This document shows positions 13,193-25,665 of a stretch of 64,000 nucleotides of DNA, in pieces. The DNA comes from Glaucostegus cemiculus (Eukaryota). Numbering within the stretch: the first letter of the stretch is position 1; every line of letters starts with the position of its first letter. A model generated the notes under the pieces. That model searched no databases and was not told the origin of the DNA. It saw only the letters and a list, made by a program, of their open reading frames with translations. Location: NCBI GenBank assembly GCA_976551045.1, contig CDPCPM010000169.1, positions 2,542,001 to 2,606,000 of the forward strand. The letters are read 5' to 3'. A program made the translations under genes and the position numbers.

Positions 13193-14844
13193 ACTAATCA
13201 AATTATAATTAAATGTGTTCCTAAAATGTGTTTGACTATTTTGCAGCACAGCTTTCATCTTCTGCAGAAGAAATAAAAGTTTGTCCAACAACCTTTGAAA
13301 AATATGAGTTAAATAGGTTTCTTTTCGATCTCCTGCCACACTCTACCCTACTAAACTGTCTCCCCAGAGTATACTTCTGCTTTTGTGGAAACATAAAAAA
13401 TTAATTCTGCATGTTACTGGTCTTATAATTCTTATTCTACTAAGTATCACTGCTTACTTAAACAATAATTAATGTAGCCTTTGTTTGATTATGGATTTGT
13501 CTGGGTTGGGTGGGATTCCCTGAGGATCGACTTAAATATTTTGAGTTTCCTCAAAGGAATTCTCTCAAGACAGATGTTCCTACAAGCTCATTGTGGAGGA
13601 CAGAGCAGACCAGAACAGTAGATCTGTCAGTGAGATGTCAGCTAGTTGACTGACAGCTGGAAACAATCTGAGCACCTTAAGTGGTCAGTCATGATGTATA
13701 CATCAATCTGCTAGAGATTCTTGATCAATAATGCATTGGCAAACAAAGGTTTAGTATTATTAAGACCTTAGTCCCAATCTTCCCTAGCTAATTACCTTCC
13801 TCACACTAGTGTTTTAAGAATGAAAATGTGTTGCATGGTTAGTAAGAAATCATTTTTAAAATGTTCATACACATTCTCTTCACTTTGTAATAATGAAAAA
13901 AGAGGGGAGAGTGTTGGTGTCTCTACAGCAAGTCCGAAGTGTTTAGTAATAATTTAAGTAGCTTTACTTGTATTTCATTTCTTCAATGCAATGACATGTG
14001 TTCAATGCAAAGTTAATGCTTTCCCTGCCACATATGGTAACTATAATGCAATTTACCTTCTCTACAAGTTATTTGTCATTATGTGTACTCAATAATCAGC
14101 ATAAAACTTTAGCCCTTTTCAAATATCATGAAATATTCAGACTTTGCGTGCACAACCTTTTGTAAACATATGCAAGATCAAAAAATGTAAGATAAAGATC
14201 CAATGGCTACTAGATGAACGGTAACATGGAAAATTCAGGTGGTCCGACACAGAATGTTGTCCATGTGAGATATGAAAATAACATTCTCTTTTCCAGGGGT
14301 TTAGTGGTTAAACTAAACATTCTATAAACTGTGTACTAATTATACAAAGATATGTTGCATTGCACCAATGAAATATGCAATAAAAATAAAGCAAACACTA
14401 ACAGTTAAATTATCTAAACTTGATGCAAATGTAGTCTTGTTCATAATGGAAATGGCATGAGTTGGAAATATTTAGACCACCCAAGATGTTATTTGTGTTA
14501 TTATTGCTCGATAGCTTTGTATGGAAACAAATTAATTCTTGTAGCAAATAACCAGATATTAGGAGGTGCAATGTAATGGAGGACACATGGATATGAATAG
14601 AAAGAGAAACACTATCAGCAACTGACTATTTCAGATGTTCTCTAAATTGAATTGTGTCATGTTGGAATAGCGAATCTATTCATGGCTTCTCCAGCTCTCA
14701 TCATGAGCTATCAGATGACAACCTGGGAAGGTAGTGACTTAATCAGCTCAAGCTGGGCCAAGCTAAGACAAGCATAATTGTACAGAAGTGATTTACATTT
14801 CCGCAAGAGTCTATATAAAAAGACATTTCCTTATCAGCACTTAC

Positions 14845-14883
14845 CAGGCGGGTCTGCTCTCCCGGGCCTGTATAATCACAGCC
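14845..14883 (-). other. Candidate 39-nt cassette microexon of an unidentified gene, or conserved non-coding element
   Basis: Minus strand: TTTTTCCTTCTAACTTGTTTCAG|GGCTGTGATTATACAGGCCCGGGAGAGCAGACCCGCCTG|GTAAGT. Branch point CTAAC, canonical acceptor and donor, length divisible by 3, two CpGs retained. Confidence 0.4.
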
Positions 14884-15947
14884 CTGAAACAAGTTAGAAG
14901 GAAAAACTTTCAATGCCTGAGTTTTCAATTATTGGGAAAGTGGGATGAAGCATTTTGAATATATGATTGGTCAATTTTTGTTGGATACTAATTCATGTTC
15001 ATTTGTAAGCATCTTCCTCTTGTATTTGATCATCTGGACACATGCCTGGGCAGCATTTCAGACAAGTAAGGCAGCGATGGCCTTTATTGAATATTAGTCA
15101 ACCTGGACAATTAACTGGTTTGGTTTACATGTGTTCTCATGACAAACCACAGTATGTGGTCAGAGACAGTCATTAACATAGTAGAAAAGAAACATCTTTT
15201 GAAGTTCTATTTTACATCATTTGAGTGCTTGACTCATGGCTGTGTTATTTTCTATGCCAACTGTGTGCTGAAGTAAAAGCTATTAAAATGCTTCTAAACA
15301 GGAGTGCTAAATCTTGCTATATGATTAACCTGAGCCAATTCAGCTTGAACAAAGGATTCAATGGCAATCCTCATGCAAATGACTTTGCATGATTTTATGC
15401 ATGCAATGTTGTACTTCAGGCTGAAATGTACAGGCTCTGACAATTACTAATTCAGTAGCCTACATCTACTGTCCCATTCCAGCACTAATCATGTCAGGGC
15501 TCCAGACCTCATGGATCACTTTTCACTAAGACACAGCTTTGTTGTAAGTATTGTGTGCTGCTGTGTTCACTGACTTGGTTGCAAGAGAACTGAACGGGAG
15601 AGTGAGTATTCTCCTTCTTCTCAAATTTGGACCCCAGCAACCTTGTAGATGAATTAAAGAGCAGAGGCATGTTCTCTGTGCCAAGGGTGTCAGGAGGATC
15701 TCAAAAACAGGTAGGCAGAATGAGGTGGGACCAGAGCTAAGCAATAGGAGTGAGTTTTGCCACAGCTCATAGTAGAGCCATCAGAAATTGCATGATGTCA
15801 TGCCAATGTAAGTGGCCACTTTGAACCCTAACTCACATGCTTTGAACACACAAGCTGCAAGACACATACTCCTGAGACTTCAAGCATCTATCTCACTTTG
15901 GCAGCCATTTCTTTAGTTGTCCTCTTTCACCTCTAATTGCCATACCT

Positions 15948-16230
15948 NNNNNNNNNNNNNNNNNNNNNNNNNNNNNNNNNNNNNNNNNNNNNNNNNNNNN
16001 NNNNNNNNNNNNNNNNNNNNNNNNNNNNNNNNNNNNNNNNNNNNNNNNNNNNNNNNNNNNNNNNNNNNNNNNNNNNNNNNNNNNNNNNNNNNNNNNNNNN
16101 NNNNNNNNNNNNNNNNNNNNNNNNNNNNNNNNNNNNNNNNNNNNNNNNNNNNNNNNNNNNNNNNNNNNNNNNNNNNNNNNNNNNNNNNNNNNNNNNNNNN
16201 NNNNNNNNNNNNNNNNNNNNNNNNNNNNNN
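15948..16230. other. Assembly gap (283 N)
   Basis: Run of N. Confidence 1.
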
Positions 16231-16252
16231 TATTTGTTTTATATTCTGCATG

Positions 16253-16299
16253 TGCACACACATATACAAACACACCACACACACACACACACACAGACA

Positions 16300-16345
<46 letters not shown>
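16253..16345. repeat. Imperfect (CA)n microsatellite beside the gap
   Basis: About 90 bp of CA repeats; explains the CVCV/HTHT ORFs. Confidence 0.98.
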
Positions 16346-16347
<2 letters not shown>

Positions 16348-16779
16348 TCTATAATGGGCAAATTGAACATTAAAGCATCAAACTGCACAGATTTCCTTCT
16401 GCTTACAAAGGCTCCTAATTCCCAACTGTCATAGCAGTCATTGAGGTTGCAGCCCCTGCTGTAAGTAAGAATCTGACAGACGTGCAAACTTCTGTGCGGC
16501 CTTTGTCATACCTTCCTCTCTTATAGCAATGAACGTTCTGGCTAGATGTACCTGCATGTGTGCCTTTGGCCCTGATACCACAGAGCACCAGATTTGATAT
16601 AGTTACTGCCGGGCTTGAATAAGCTAGATCAGATCTCTGTGCTGCAGTGTGCAGAGACACTTGCCAGTAGCAAGCTCCAGTTAAACCAGAGGGACAGGGA
16701 AGCAAGTCTGTCTGTTTCTAGAGGGACAATTGCAAATCAATACTACCAAGAGGACTCTGATGATGCAGGCTGAAATGGA

Positions 16780-17060
16780 TGGATGTTGAAATGCTTGATG
16801 CACTGTCTCACCTGCTTGAATGAGTAGAAAAAAATGTTAAGGATCATGCGACATTCATCTCCAACCTATGGCAGGACCATGAGGGGTCAGGAGTGAATCA
16901 TTTGCAGTCTGAATTTATTATGTTCCACAGTGCAAGCCAGCAAGGAGATTTCCATGGGCTGCTGATGGCAAAGCTGTCTGTTTCCATGGACCATAGATGA
17001 GACGATCCAAAGGCATCATGCCTCACTGAAGTCTGAGGCCACCTCAATCAAATCTCTGCT
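16780..17060 (-). mobile_element. Possible Harbinger Myb/SANT-like ORF remnant
   Basis: Minus strand reads ASDFSEA (cf. APRFSDA at the start of Harbinger Myb/SANT proteins), followed by decayed sequence. Confidence 0.3.
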
Positions 17061-17114
17061 TGGTTTCACTGTGGAGCAGATTATAAACCTAGAGAGATAA
17101 CAAGCAGGCTGAAA

Positions 17115-17262
17115 GATTTTTAGACATTAAAGGAATCTCAAGGGATCGGAGAATAATACAATAAGGTGGTGCTGAGATAAAAGATCAGCCATGATCATGT
17201 TGAATGATGGAGCAGGGACAAGAGGCTGAATTCCCTATTCCTGTTTCTATTTCTCATGCCCG
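17115..17262 (+). mobile_element. Old CR1 3'UTR fragment
   Basis: GATCAGCCATGATCATGTTGAATGATGGAGCAGG...GGCTGAATTCCCTATTCCTG. Confidence 0.8.
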
Positions 17263-19118
17263 TAAGCAAGCTGTTGGTTATAAGTTCAGGGCTGTAGCAT
17301 CCGTTGTGAGAAATTAAAATATTATAGGGCCTATTTGTGACAGCCGGAAGATTCCTCTGTTAAAATGGAGTTGACAATGCAATGATTTTATTTTTTGAAT
17401 TGAATTTTTGTAGATCTTCACCGTACACAAGATTTTCACTAAACCCAGGGGTGTGGAATCCAGCGGCTAGACCACACCTGCACCCACCAGTCTCTTTAAC
17501 TGCTGATCCAGTCAAAGTGGTGTTAACCACACTTGTCTGTCACCCATCTTTCTGATGGGTTGTATGATCTAAAGAAAGTTATTGTTGAGCAGCCTATTTC
17601 AATTTTTAATAAACTGGAATGGAATCTATCAAACCCTCTGGATAAATGCAACTTCTAAAAGACATGTTCCAACGTAAACTCCTTACAATATGGGAGTTCT
17701 ATGCCATTCCCTTCTTGGCATAAATGATTAACAGATAATTAAATTCATGTGGCAGTCATTAAAAATAACTCATGCTCCTCTGCTTCACCATTAGATGGTG
17801 GTAGAGTTAAATAGCATAGGTATGACTGATGGCCACTGTCACTGATGGGATGGCCTCATACAGTTAGAAGAATTCAAATAAAAGTGATGCTTTACAAATG
17901 GATAATGAATTCTCTTTATTCCTATAAGGCCAGATTACAGTAACCTCTCAATTTCTTTACAACCTACTACCTGTCTTTTCTTAACTTTAAACTTTTCCAA
18001 ATGCTGTTAACAATTCTCCAGAGTTCCCCAAGTGCAAAGGTTCTCTCAGACAGGATGTTACTTAGCAGTTTCAATCATCATCCTGAAATGTTTCTGTTCT
18101 TACTTGTCAGGCTTGTATCTTAGTTGCTTTATTGGAAAATTATAGCCTAAATTTCATTATTCTAGATTTAACAATGAAAGCTGTAAATACAATATTTTCT
18201 TCAACCTTCTTATAAAAATTCCAGGTAACAGTTGATCCCTTTTATTGCATCAGTCTTGGGAGCCTAATGAAAATGTTTTATTGAGAGCTGATTATAAAGG
18301 AGATATTTTATATAGCAATATTGTCATACAGAGTGAATCTGAAATACTTTTTATAAAGGAATTTTAAGAGCTCAAACATGAGTATGATAGTTTATCACCA
18401 GCCAGCGCAGATGTCTATTGTGCCATATCTGGATATCCTCCTTAAAATTAAGACTGATTTAATCTATTGGTGCAATGTATGAAATTATGCACTCTGTTAT
18501 ATCATTATCCAGCTACTGGTGCTATTTAAGATGAAGTTTATAAATATGAGATGAAATTCAACAGCACCACATTTGTTGTTTTGGGGCACTAAAGAAGCAT
18601 TTAAGTCTCTTAAATGAAGGACCCATGGGACATATATTACAAACTGCCGACCATTTTGCTGAAGGCATAAAGATGGGCAGAGGGAGCCCAAAGCCAAAAC
18701 AGATGTCAGGCCTTTTGCGATGCAAATAAGGTGTTTGATGCCTGGCTGAAGCTTCTTTGTAATACTTGTCTGCCCTGAGGTGGCCAGTGCTGACTGGTTT
18801 CAGGACAGCCAGGTCTCCAGGCAGCCTAATATTTGATTTTAAAAGGACTGCTCCATGATATCGACAAGATGTTGAGAGCCTTAAAGTTCTTTGGTGAATA
18901 AAAAGGCATGAAAAACAAGCAGTGTGCAGCAAGCTGATGAATTTGTTTTCCCTAACATCTCCTTCTGCCAAACTCTGTTGTGTTGGTGCAGGTGCCCAAG
19001 ACATCAGGCACACCAGAATCAGGCTTGCATGCTTAATATCTTCAAAAAAAAAATTGCCTTCAGTTTCTGACACTGTGCAACATGCAAAGAAACAGGAAGA
19101 TGAAGGCTTTGGTTCATA

Positions 19119-19421
19119 GGGGCAGGCACAGTGGTGCAGTAGTTAGCATAATGCTTTACAGCCCCTGCGACCCGGGTTCAATTCTGGCTGCTGCCTGTAA
19201 GGAGTTTGTACGTTCTCCTTGTGTCTGCGTGGGTTTCCTCCAGGTGCTCCAGTTTTCTACCACATTCCAAAGACGTACGGGTTAGGAAGTTGTGGGCATG
19301 CTTTGTTAGCGCCTGAAGCGTGGCGACACTTGCAGGCTGCCCCCAGAACACGCTACGCAAAAGATACATTTCACTGTGTATTTTGATGTACATGTGGCTA
19401 ATAAAGATATCTTAGCTTATC
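19119..19421 (+). mobile_element. Full-length tRNA-derived V-SINE with Rex/Babar-type tail
   Basis: A-box-like TGGTGCAGTAGTTAGC, B box GGTTCAATTCT, V core GTTCTCCTTGTGTCTGCGTGGGTTTCCTCCAGGTGCTCCAGTT, tail TTTCACTGTG...GTACATGTGGCTAATAAAGATATCTT. Confidence 0.9.
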
Positions 19422-19767
19422 AACATCATCCTAGGGACCAGGAGGGGGTTGTTGGGAGAAAGTCAAGGAGAGGGGCATGAGTACAGGCAGCGAGGAGTTG
19501 GATTATGGGTTGGGAGGAGTTCATGATTAGTTGCTGGCTTGCAGGGGGTCACAATAGCAGTTAGGTTGTGAAAAATCTGAGCTGCAAATGAGTTGAAGGT
19601 GTCGAGTCATTTCTGTCAGGGTGGTTGTTAGGGAAGTAAAGGCTGGGGGAAATCTACCAAGACGGGAAAGCTGTTAAGTTACAATGGAGCAGCCTGAGAC
19701 AGGTTCCTATAGTCTGAGACTTTTCTGGGGCAGTGGTTTTTTGATGAAACAGGGCTCCAAAGCATTG

Positions 19768-20110
19768 TCATAGAAGTCATAGAGTCAAACAGCAGAGAAA
19801 CAGGCTTTTCAGTCTACCAAGCCTGTGCTTATCATCAAATACCCATTTGCACTAATCCCATTTTATCCTCCCTACATTCCCATCTATTACCCCCCTGGAT
19901 TCTACCACTCACCTATACCACAGGGGAAATTTACAGTGGCTAATTTATTTACCATCTTGTGTGTCTTTGGGATGTGGGAGGAAACTGGAGCACCCAGAGG
20001 AAACCCACATGGTCACGGTATGTACAAACTCCACACAGATCACTGAAGGTCAGGATTGAACTGAGGTTGCTGGAGCTGTGAGGCATCAGCTCTATGAGCT
20101 GTTCCACTTT
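19768..20110 (-). mobile_element. Older V-SINE (HE1-like) with CR1-type tail
   Basis: GATGTGGGAGGAAACTGGAGCACCCAGAGGAAACCCACATGGTCAC core; GTCATAGA-type tail and CR1-like 3' end. Confidence 0.85.
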
Positions 20111-21587
20111 GTCAATAAAAGGCATGGGTAATTATGGAAATGGTGTCCAGGCAAGAATTTCATGCTGTTGGGAGCCACCATCATGCATTCGCCAATCACT
20201 GTAGCATACCTGGAGTTCTGCAGAGGCAGTCGTAAGAAACACACATTGCTCTTTGTGATTAATTTGTATCATAGGTGCATCTAAAACTTGACCAACGTGA
20301 GAGAATTTCCAGGCCATGTTTCTGATTGATACAAGTTTGAATGTGGATCATGAGAAAGCTTCTGAGCTTCAAAGCTGTGAGCTGCTGTCAGTTCCCAGTT
20401 GCCACCTTGACAGCTACAGATGACATAATCACAATCTTGACATAGTCTACCTATCCCTCTAGCTACAATTGGTTTCCCTCATTCCAGCCTCCTCTACCCT
20501 CTGTTCTGTCATCAATCATCACAAAACACCTCACTCCCCAAATCCAATTACCTATTCCCTGTTGCCTGTGTCCCAGTATGATTTAAGACTATTGCTGCCT
20601 GAGGATGTCCATGGGTTTGCAGCTTATCTGTCCAATGATGAAGCCTGGGTCCCAATATAGGTCACACTTGCATCTCTTCATTCAGGCATAGTATCCTTTA
20701 TTGTGCACAGACAGCATCATTTCCTCACGGGACTGATGAAATGATGCTATTTTAGAACCTGCTTTGAAGTTTGAAGGGTAAACCCCATCTGTTGTTCTCT
20801 ACATTAGAATATAAACAGCAAAATGTTAATTTGGGTAAGATACATTCTGGTGATGGGGCAGCAGCGTATCAGTCAAAGAACTGGATGGGAATCTACCTCT
20901 GGGGTATGTCTCTTAATTATGTTTTCCTTTATGATGGTGGAACATCTCTACACTTTTCTCAGCATTCTTTCTGATGTCTCCATTGAGTTCTGATTACTGA
21001 GCAGCCATGGCTGATGAGCTTCATAACTATTGTTTATATTTACAAAGTAATAAATCCTTTATATTCTGTGAAAAGGATTACTCACAGGCAGGAAAGTTTG
21101 GTTTATGGGAGAAATGATGGGTGTGAAATTAATTGGTTTAGATACTTTGCTTTATTAAAGAAGGAATGGGCCACAAGGACATTATATTCAGTATGGAACA
21201 TATAGATGGTGTGAGACAGATCAATCACTCAAGAAGAAGGTCTCCATAAAAAAGCTGATGATTCTGCAAGAATTGTGACTACAAACAAGCCTTCGAGGCA
21301 CATAAAATATTATTTTGGAGTATCGCAAACGCTTCGTGCAACATTTTTAGGGAAGGCTCTAATATTGAACTAAATATCACTTCATTGGCTGATGGGTGCT
21401 TGAATGCTGTAAACATTTAGAAGGCCCTTGTGGATTGGCTGTAAGCTTAGGTATGTAGGACAGACACCCACATTTTGAGCATTCTTTACATCACTGCTAT
21501 ACAGCAATATAGAAAACAAGAGATATCCAAGACGTTATTCACAATCTATAATGTGTTATTCAGTACATGTTTAAGGATACTATAGTC

Positions 21588-21756
21588 TAGATAAAATAAG
21601 ATCTTTATTAGTCACATGTACATCGAAACACGCAATGAAATACATCTTTTGCGTAGTGATTTTTGGGGGGCAGCCCCCAAGTGTCGACGCACTTCCAGCG
21701 CCAATATAGCATGCCCACAACTTCCTAACCCGTACGTCTTTAGAATGTGGGAGGAA
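21588..21756 (-). mobile_element. 5'-truncated V-SINE with Rex/Babar-type tail
   Basis: Reverse complement of the 3' half of 19119-19421. Confidence 0.9.
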
Positions 21757-22149
21757 CAGACCAACTGTTTATGTCTCAATAAATATGCATTTTGAAAAAA
21801 AAACACTTTACTGATATATCTGCTAAAATACATGAAGATATATTGATGATTTTCAAACCTGGTCAAAAGCCTAACTATGACAAAACAATAGAAATTTAAA
21901 TTAGCTGATTAAATCAGGGGTTAAATTGGATCACTCCTCAGAAAGGAAGGCGTTATGATGCATATTTAACTTGCATTCTTTGATCTGGTACAGGCAGAGC
22001 ATGAACTTCATTCTGTTTATTAAAATAATTTCCTTGTCTGGCTACTACCAGCCGTATGCTTATTTGTTGCTTCTGTAGGACACTCAGTTTCCTCAGTGGT
22101 TGCTATTAGATCGTCCAAGCCTACACTGTTTAAAGACAGCTGTCCTTCT

Positions 22150-24450
22150 TAAATGGGAGTTATACTGTGACTGCATCAGTGTATGGGAGTGATTGTGGCA
22201 GTGACCACCAATTAGTCAAAAACATAATATGGCTCATCATGGAGGGAGAATGGAGAATTTGGTGGAGGAAAGGAGAGGAAGGGAGTTGTCCTGCAATTGC
22301 AGCGGTCCAGGAGACCATTCAAAATTGCACTCAAAATGCACTGGGAGGACTTGAGGACGTGGATACAGTATTGCGAGAAGGTTAACAACCTCACATGCAT
22401 CTTGCCAAATCTCACTAAATCACACCAACTGCACTGTCAGTCTCAGCCTCTGCTCAATGTATCCAACTCCCATCACTCACATATCTCTCCATAATCTCTA
22501 CCAACTAAGATAAGATAAGATTTCTTTATTAGTCTTACATGTACATCGAAATACACAGTGAAATACATCTTTGCATAGAGTGTTCTAGGGGCAGCACGCA
22601 AGTGTCACCACGCTTCCAGTGCCACAGCTTCCTAACCCGTACGTCTCTGGAATGTGGGAGGAAACCAGAGCACCTGGAGGAAACCCATGCAGACACAGGG
22701 AGAATGTACAAACTCCTTACAGACAGCGGCTGGAATTGAACCAGGGTCACTGACGCTGTAATAGTGTTAGGCTAACCACTACACCACCATGTACTATCTG
22801 CAGCTATGACTCATACCTAGTACTGATATCTAGCCACATAAATTCAGCACTCTGTAAGCATCACATTCATATCTCACATTGCCACCCATTCAACCATGAC
22901 AGAAACATCATCATAGGCACTGTGTGATGCTTACACACTCTTGCAAGGCAAGGTGGTGCATGAGTCAACTAACAGAAAGAGAGCTCTTGCTCTCATTGGA
23001 GCAGCCATTACTGAGTCTGTGGCCAACAACAGACCTGACACCATAGGTGAAAAAATCTTTATATTTAATGCTCCTTCTGATATCCCACGTCCAATTTGTC
23101 CAACAATTCCTTTTGATTCACAAGGCTTAGACAATTTGTCTTCACCACCTTCGCGTAGATAAAACTAAAAGCTGGGCAGCCTGGTGGAACTATCTAACAT
23201 ACTCAGCCAGAAACTTGAATTCTGATCTCTCCCAATGAAGTGCTTAGCTCCAGGTAGGTTCAGTGTGCAATGAGACATCTGAGATGAAAGGCCTGTAGCC
23301 AGAGGAAGGGGCAAGGACAATGCAGTTCCATTACCTTGGGCTTCTGCTACAGAGGACAAAAGTGAGGACTTTGATGGGGCAGCCCACAGAAAAAGATTGA
23401 TGGATGTTTAAAGGAAATGATTGGTGCTTTGGCAAATATACCTGAAGGTGTGATGTAATGGAACATGGAGGAATTCAGCACTAACCTTGATACAAACCTT
23501 GGAGCCAGTGTTTAGGCATGGAAAAGGGAGTAGGTTCTTCATAATGCAATAACTAATGGCTGTTGTCTCAGTTCTACTGCAGCACAAGTTGAAACCACCC
23601 CACACTGTAAGGTCAGATTGTAATTATGTAAATTCAGCTTCTTGGCATGCAAGTTAATACTACTATAATTGTAGAGGCTGCAGGCTGTTGTGATGACTTG
23701 GTAATCTATTTTCCAATAGTTCACTAGCATTGCTGAGGCTTTAGTTATCCCAATGGCTCAAATACAGATAGCAAAGCAAGTTAAGTATAATTACTAATCA
23801 TTTCCCCATAGCAATGACCATAACTCTGGTAATGTCAAGAGTTGTATTCTTGGCAAGACTGAGGAAAATGTGTTCCTAGAATGGACAGCTGAATTGCTAA
23901 CACAAGAGTAGACAACACATTATATGTTGCCATGTCTCCAGCTCCCACATGGAAGATGCCATAAAACTTCATACCAATTTATTTGACAGGCGCTGGCAAA
24001 ACAGTCCTTGCCCTGCTCTATGGTTGAAGTTCTTACTGGATTATATGGATTATTTTAGTGAGGTTGCCCTCACTGTGGTTCACATTACTCTTTGTTTGTC
24101 TGTAGGATCTAGAGAGGAGAATTGTTCTCTGAAGATCTCTGGTAGGTACAATTAAAACTCCTCTCCTCCCTTCTTCTCCTTCCTCTTCTAGAAGTTTGTC
24201 ATTCTCTCTGATCATTCTGTCTGGACTGCTGCATTCCAAAGGGAATGCCCTCAAATGTTTAATACAGAAATCTTGAAGTCTCTCCTCATCTTCTTGTTCA
24301 CTATTCCATGAAGGTTTTAGCAGTGGTTAATAAGTCTGGAAGACCGAAGCACAAACTGAACTGGAATAACAGGCAAAAGAAAAATCGGTAACTAACCTGC
24401 AAGTGGCTGATAATAGCTTTGAATCTGACTAATCAATCGGGATTGGGGTG
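22150..24450. mobile_element. Fossil PIF/Harbinger DNA transposon: Myb/SANT-like ORF on + and HARBI1-like transposase on -, convergent
   Basis: + strand RRPFKIALKMHWEDLRTWIQYCEKVNNLT (cf. W...RTWxQCRKKFNDL). - strand YLPEIFREQFSSLD...RARTVLPAPVK...KFY...GAGDM (cf. PRVFRE...ALPVAVKV..ALNFYASGSFQ..GD) and CLN...KVS...LHH near 23450-23520. Confidence 0.7.
22508..22792 (-). mobile_element. Near full-length V-SINE with Rex/Babar-type tail, inserted in the Harbinger fossil
   Basis: Same family as 19119-19421; (TAAGA)n tail at 22508. Confidence 0.92.
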
Positions 24451-24834
24451 AGCGGAGAGTCCTTCTTGCTGATGAAGTTGTGTTCAGCTGTGCAAGGTTA
24501 ACATGTTGTTAACTGCAATACTGACCTCCAACTTGGTTGAACATTAAATGCTATCATAACCCATCTGCTATGGATACTTCTGACACCTTTCCGAATATGG
24601 CTGACATTGAGATTTACACTGTATTGCCCAGTATATTGATATTAATGTGCTAGCCAGACTACCCAAGTTACAGGAGGAGTGCAGCTGAATTCTTCAGATG
24701 TTTACTTTTGCAAAGCAACACACCGTGTATCTTGGCGCTTACATGTAGTGGTGAAAGCTCCAGGGAACTACAGTTCAGATGCATGATAGTTATGGTTGTT
24801 CATCTATTTCTATTTTCATGATATCGGCCAGTCA

Positions 24835-24950
24835 CTTGCACATATGATGTTATGCTTATATGATGCTATATGCCTGTGATGCTGCTGCAAGTTTTTCATT
24901 GCACCCATGCATACATGTACTTGTGCATGTGACAATAAACTTGACTTTTA
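24835..24950 (+). mobile_element. Rex1/Babar-type 3' tail fragment
   Basis: TGTGATGCTGCTGCAAGTTTTTCATTGCAC...CATGTGACAATAAACTTGACTT. Confidence 0.7.
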
Positions 24951-25439
24951 TTTTGACAAATCTAAACTCAAGCAAGAACTCACTTGTGTACTGTTTCATG
25001 AGGAATGTCTTAAGTCCTAAGCTTTCTTGAGTTTGATTGAAGGTATGCTTATCACAAATTATGTGAGACCATATGGAGAACCTTGGCTCAGCAATGTAGA
25101 GAGACTCTGTTAATTGCAAGTGGAATGTTGTTCATTCCAGCTTCCAAACCCCACACTGCTGTTTTAGTATAAGGGCAATCTTGGATATTGATCATTTTTG
25201 GATAACAGCTGTCATTTACCACACAGACTTTGTATTGATACTGTTCTGGTCAAAGGTCTTTATAAGAACCCTTAAAACCAATGAGATTTATGAGTTTTAA
25301 ACACTTTGTGCAGCCAAGAAGAGCTTGAATCCTTTGGCCTCACAACAAAGTTCTACTCGACTGTTAACTTCAGTCAATAACTCACCCACTCATCCCACTC
25401 CCCAATAAACTGCACTGAATTGCTAATGAACAGGTGATT

Positions 25440-25665
25440 TAGGAACATGAATAGGCTACATGGTTTCTTGAGCTTGCTCCACCATACTAAGGTTAATCTG
25501 ATTGTAAGCTCCACTCTGCATTTCCATCTATCCCCGATAACCATTCACTCTCTTGCTTTTTGCCTTAAAGATATTCAGTGATTCTGGTTTCACTCTCCCT
25601 TAAAGAAGAAGGAAACAATTTTGCCTCATCTCTGTCTTAAATAGGTGGAACCTTATCTTTAAATG
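25440..25665 (-). mobile_element. Old CR1 3' fragment
   Basis: AGGAACATGAATAGGCTAC...TATCCCCGATAACC...CCTCATCTCTGTCTTAAAT. Confidence 0.7.

Noticed and set aside
15893-16487. Long ORFs with CVCV/HTHT and X runs
   Set aside because: Artefacts of the N gap and the (CA)n microsatellite.
18558-19073. 171-aa minus-strand ORF
   Set aside because: No recognisable domain or exon signals; likely chance in decayed repeat DNA.
19119-19195. tRNA gene
   Set aside because: A/B boxes belong to a SINE head, are followed by the V core and LINE tail, and form no cloverleaf.
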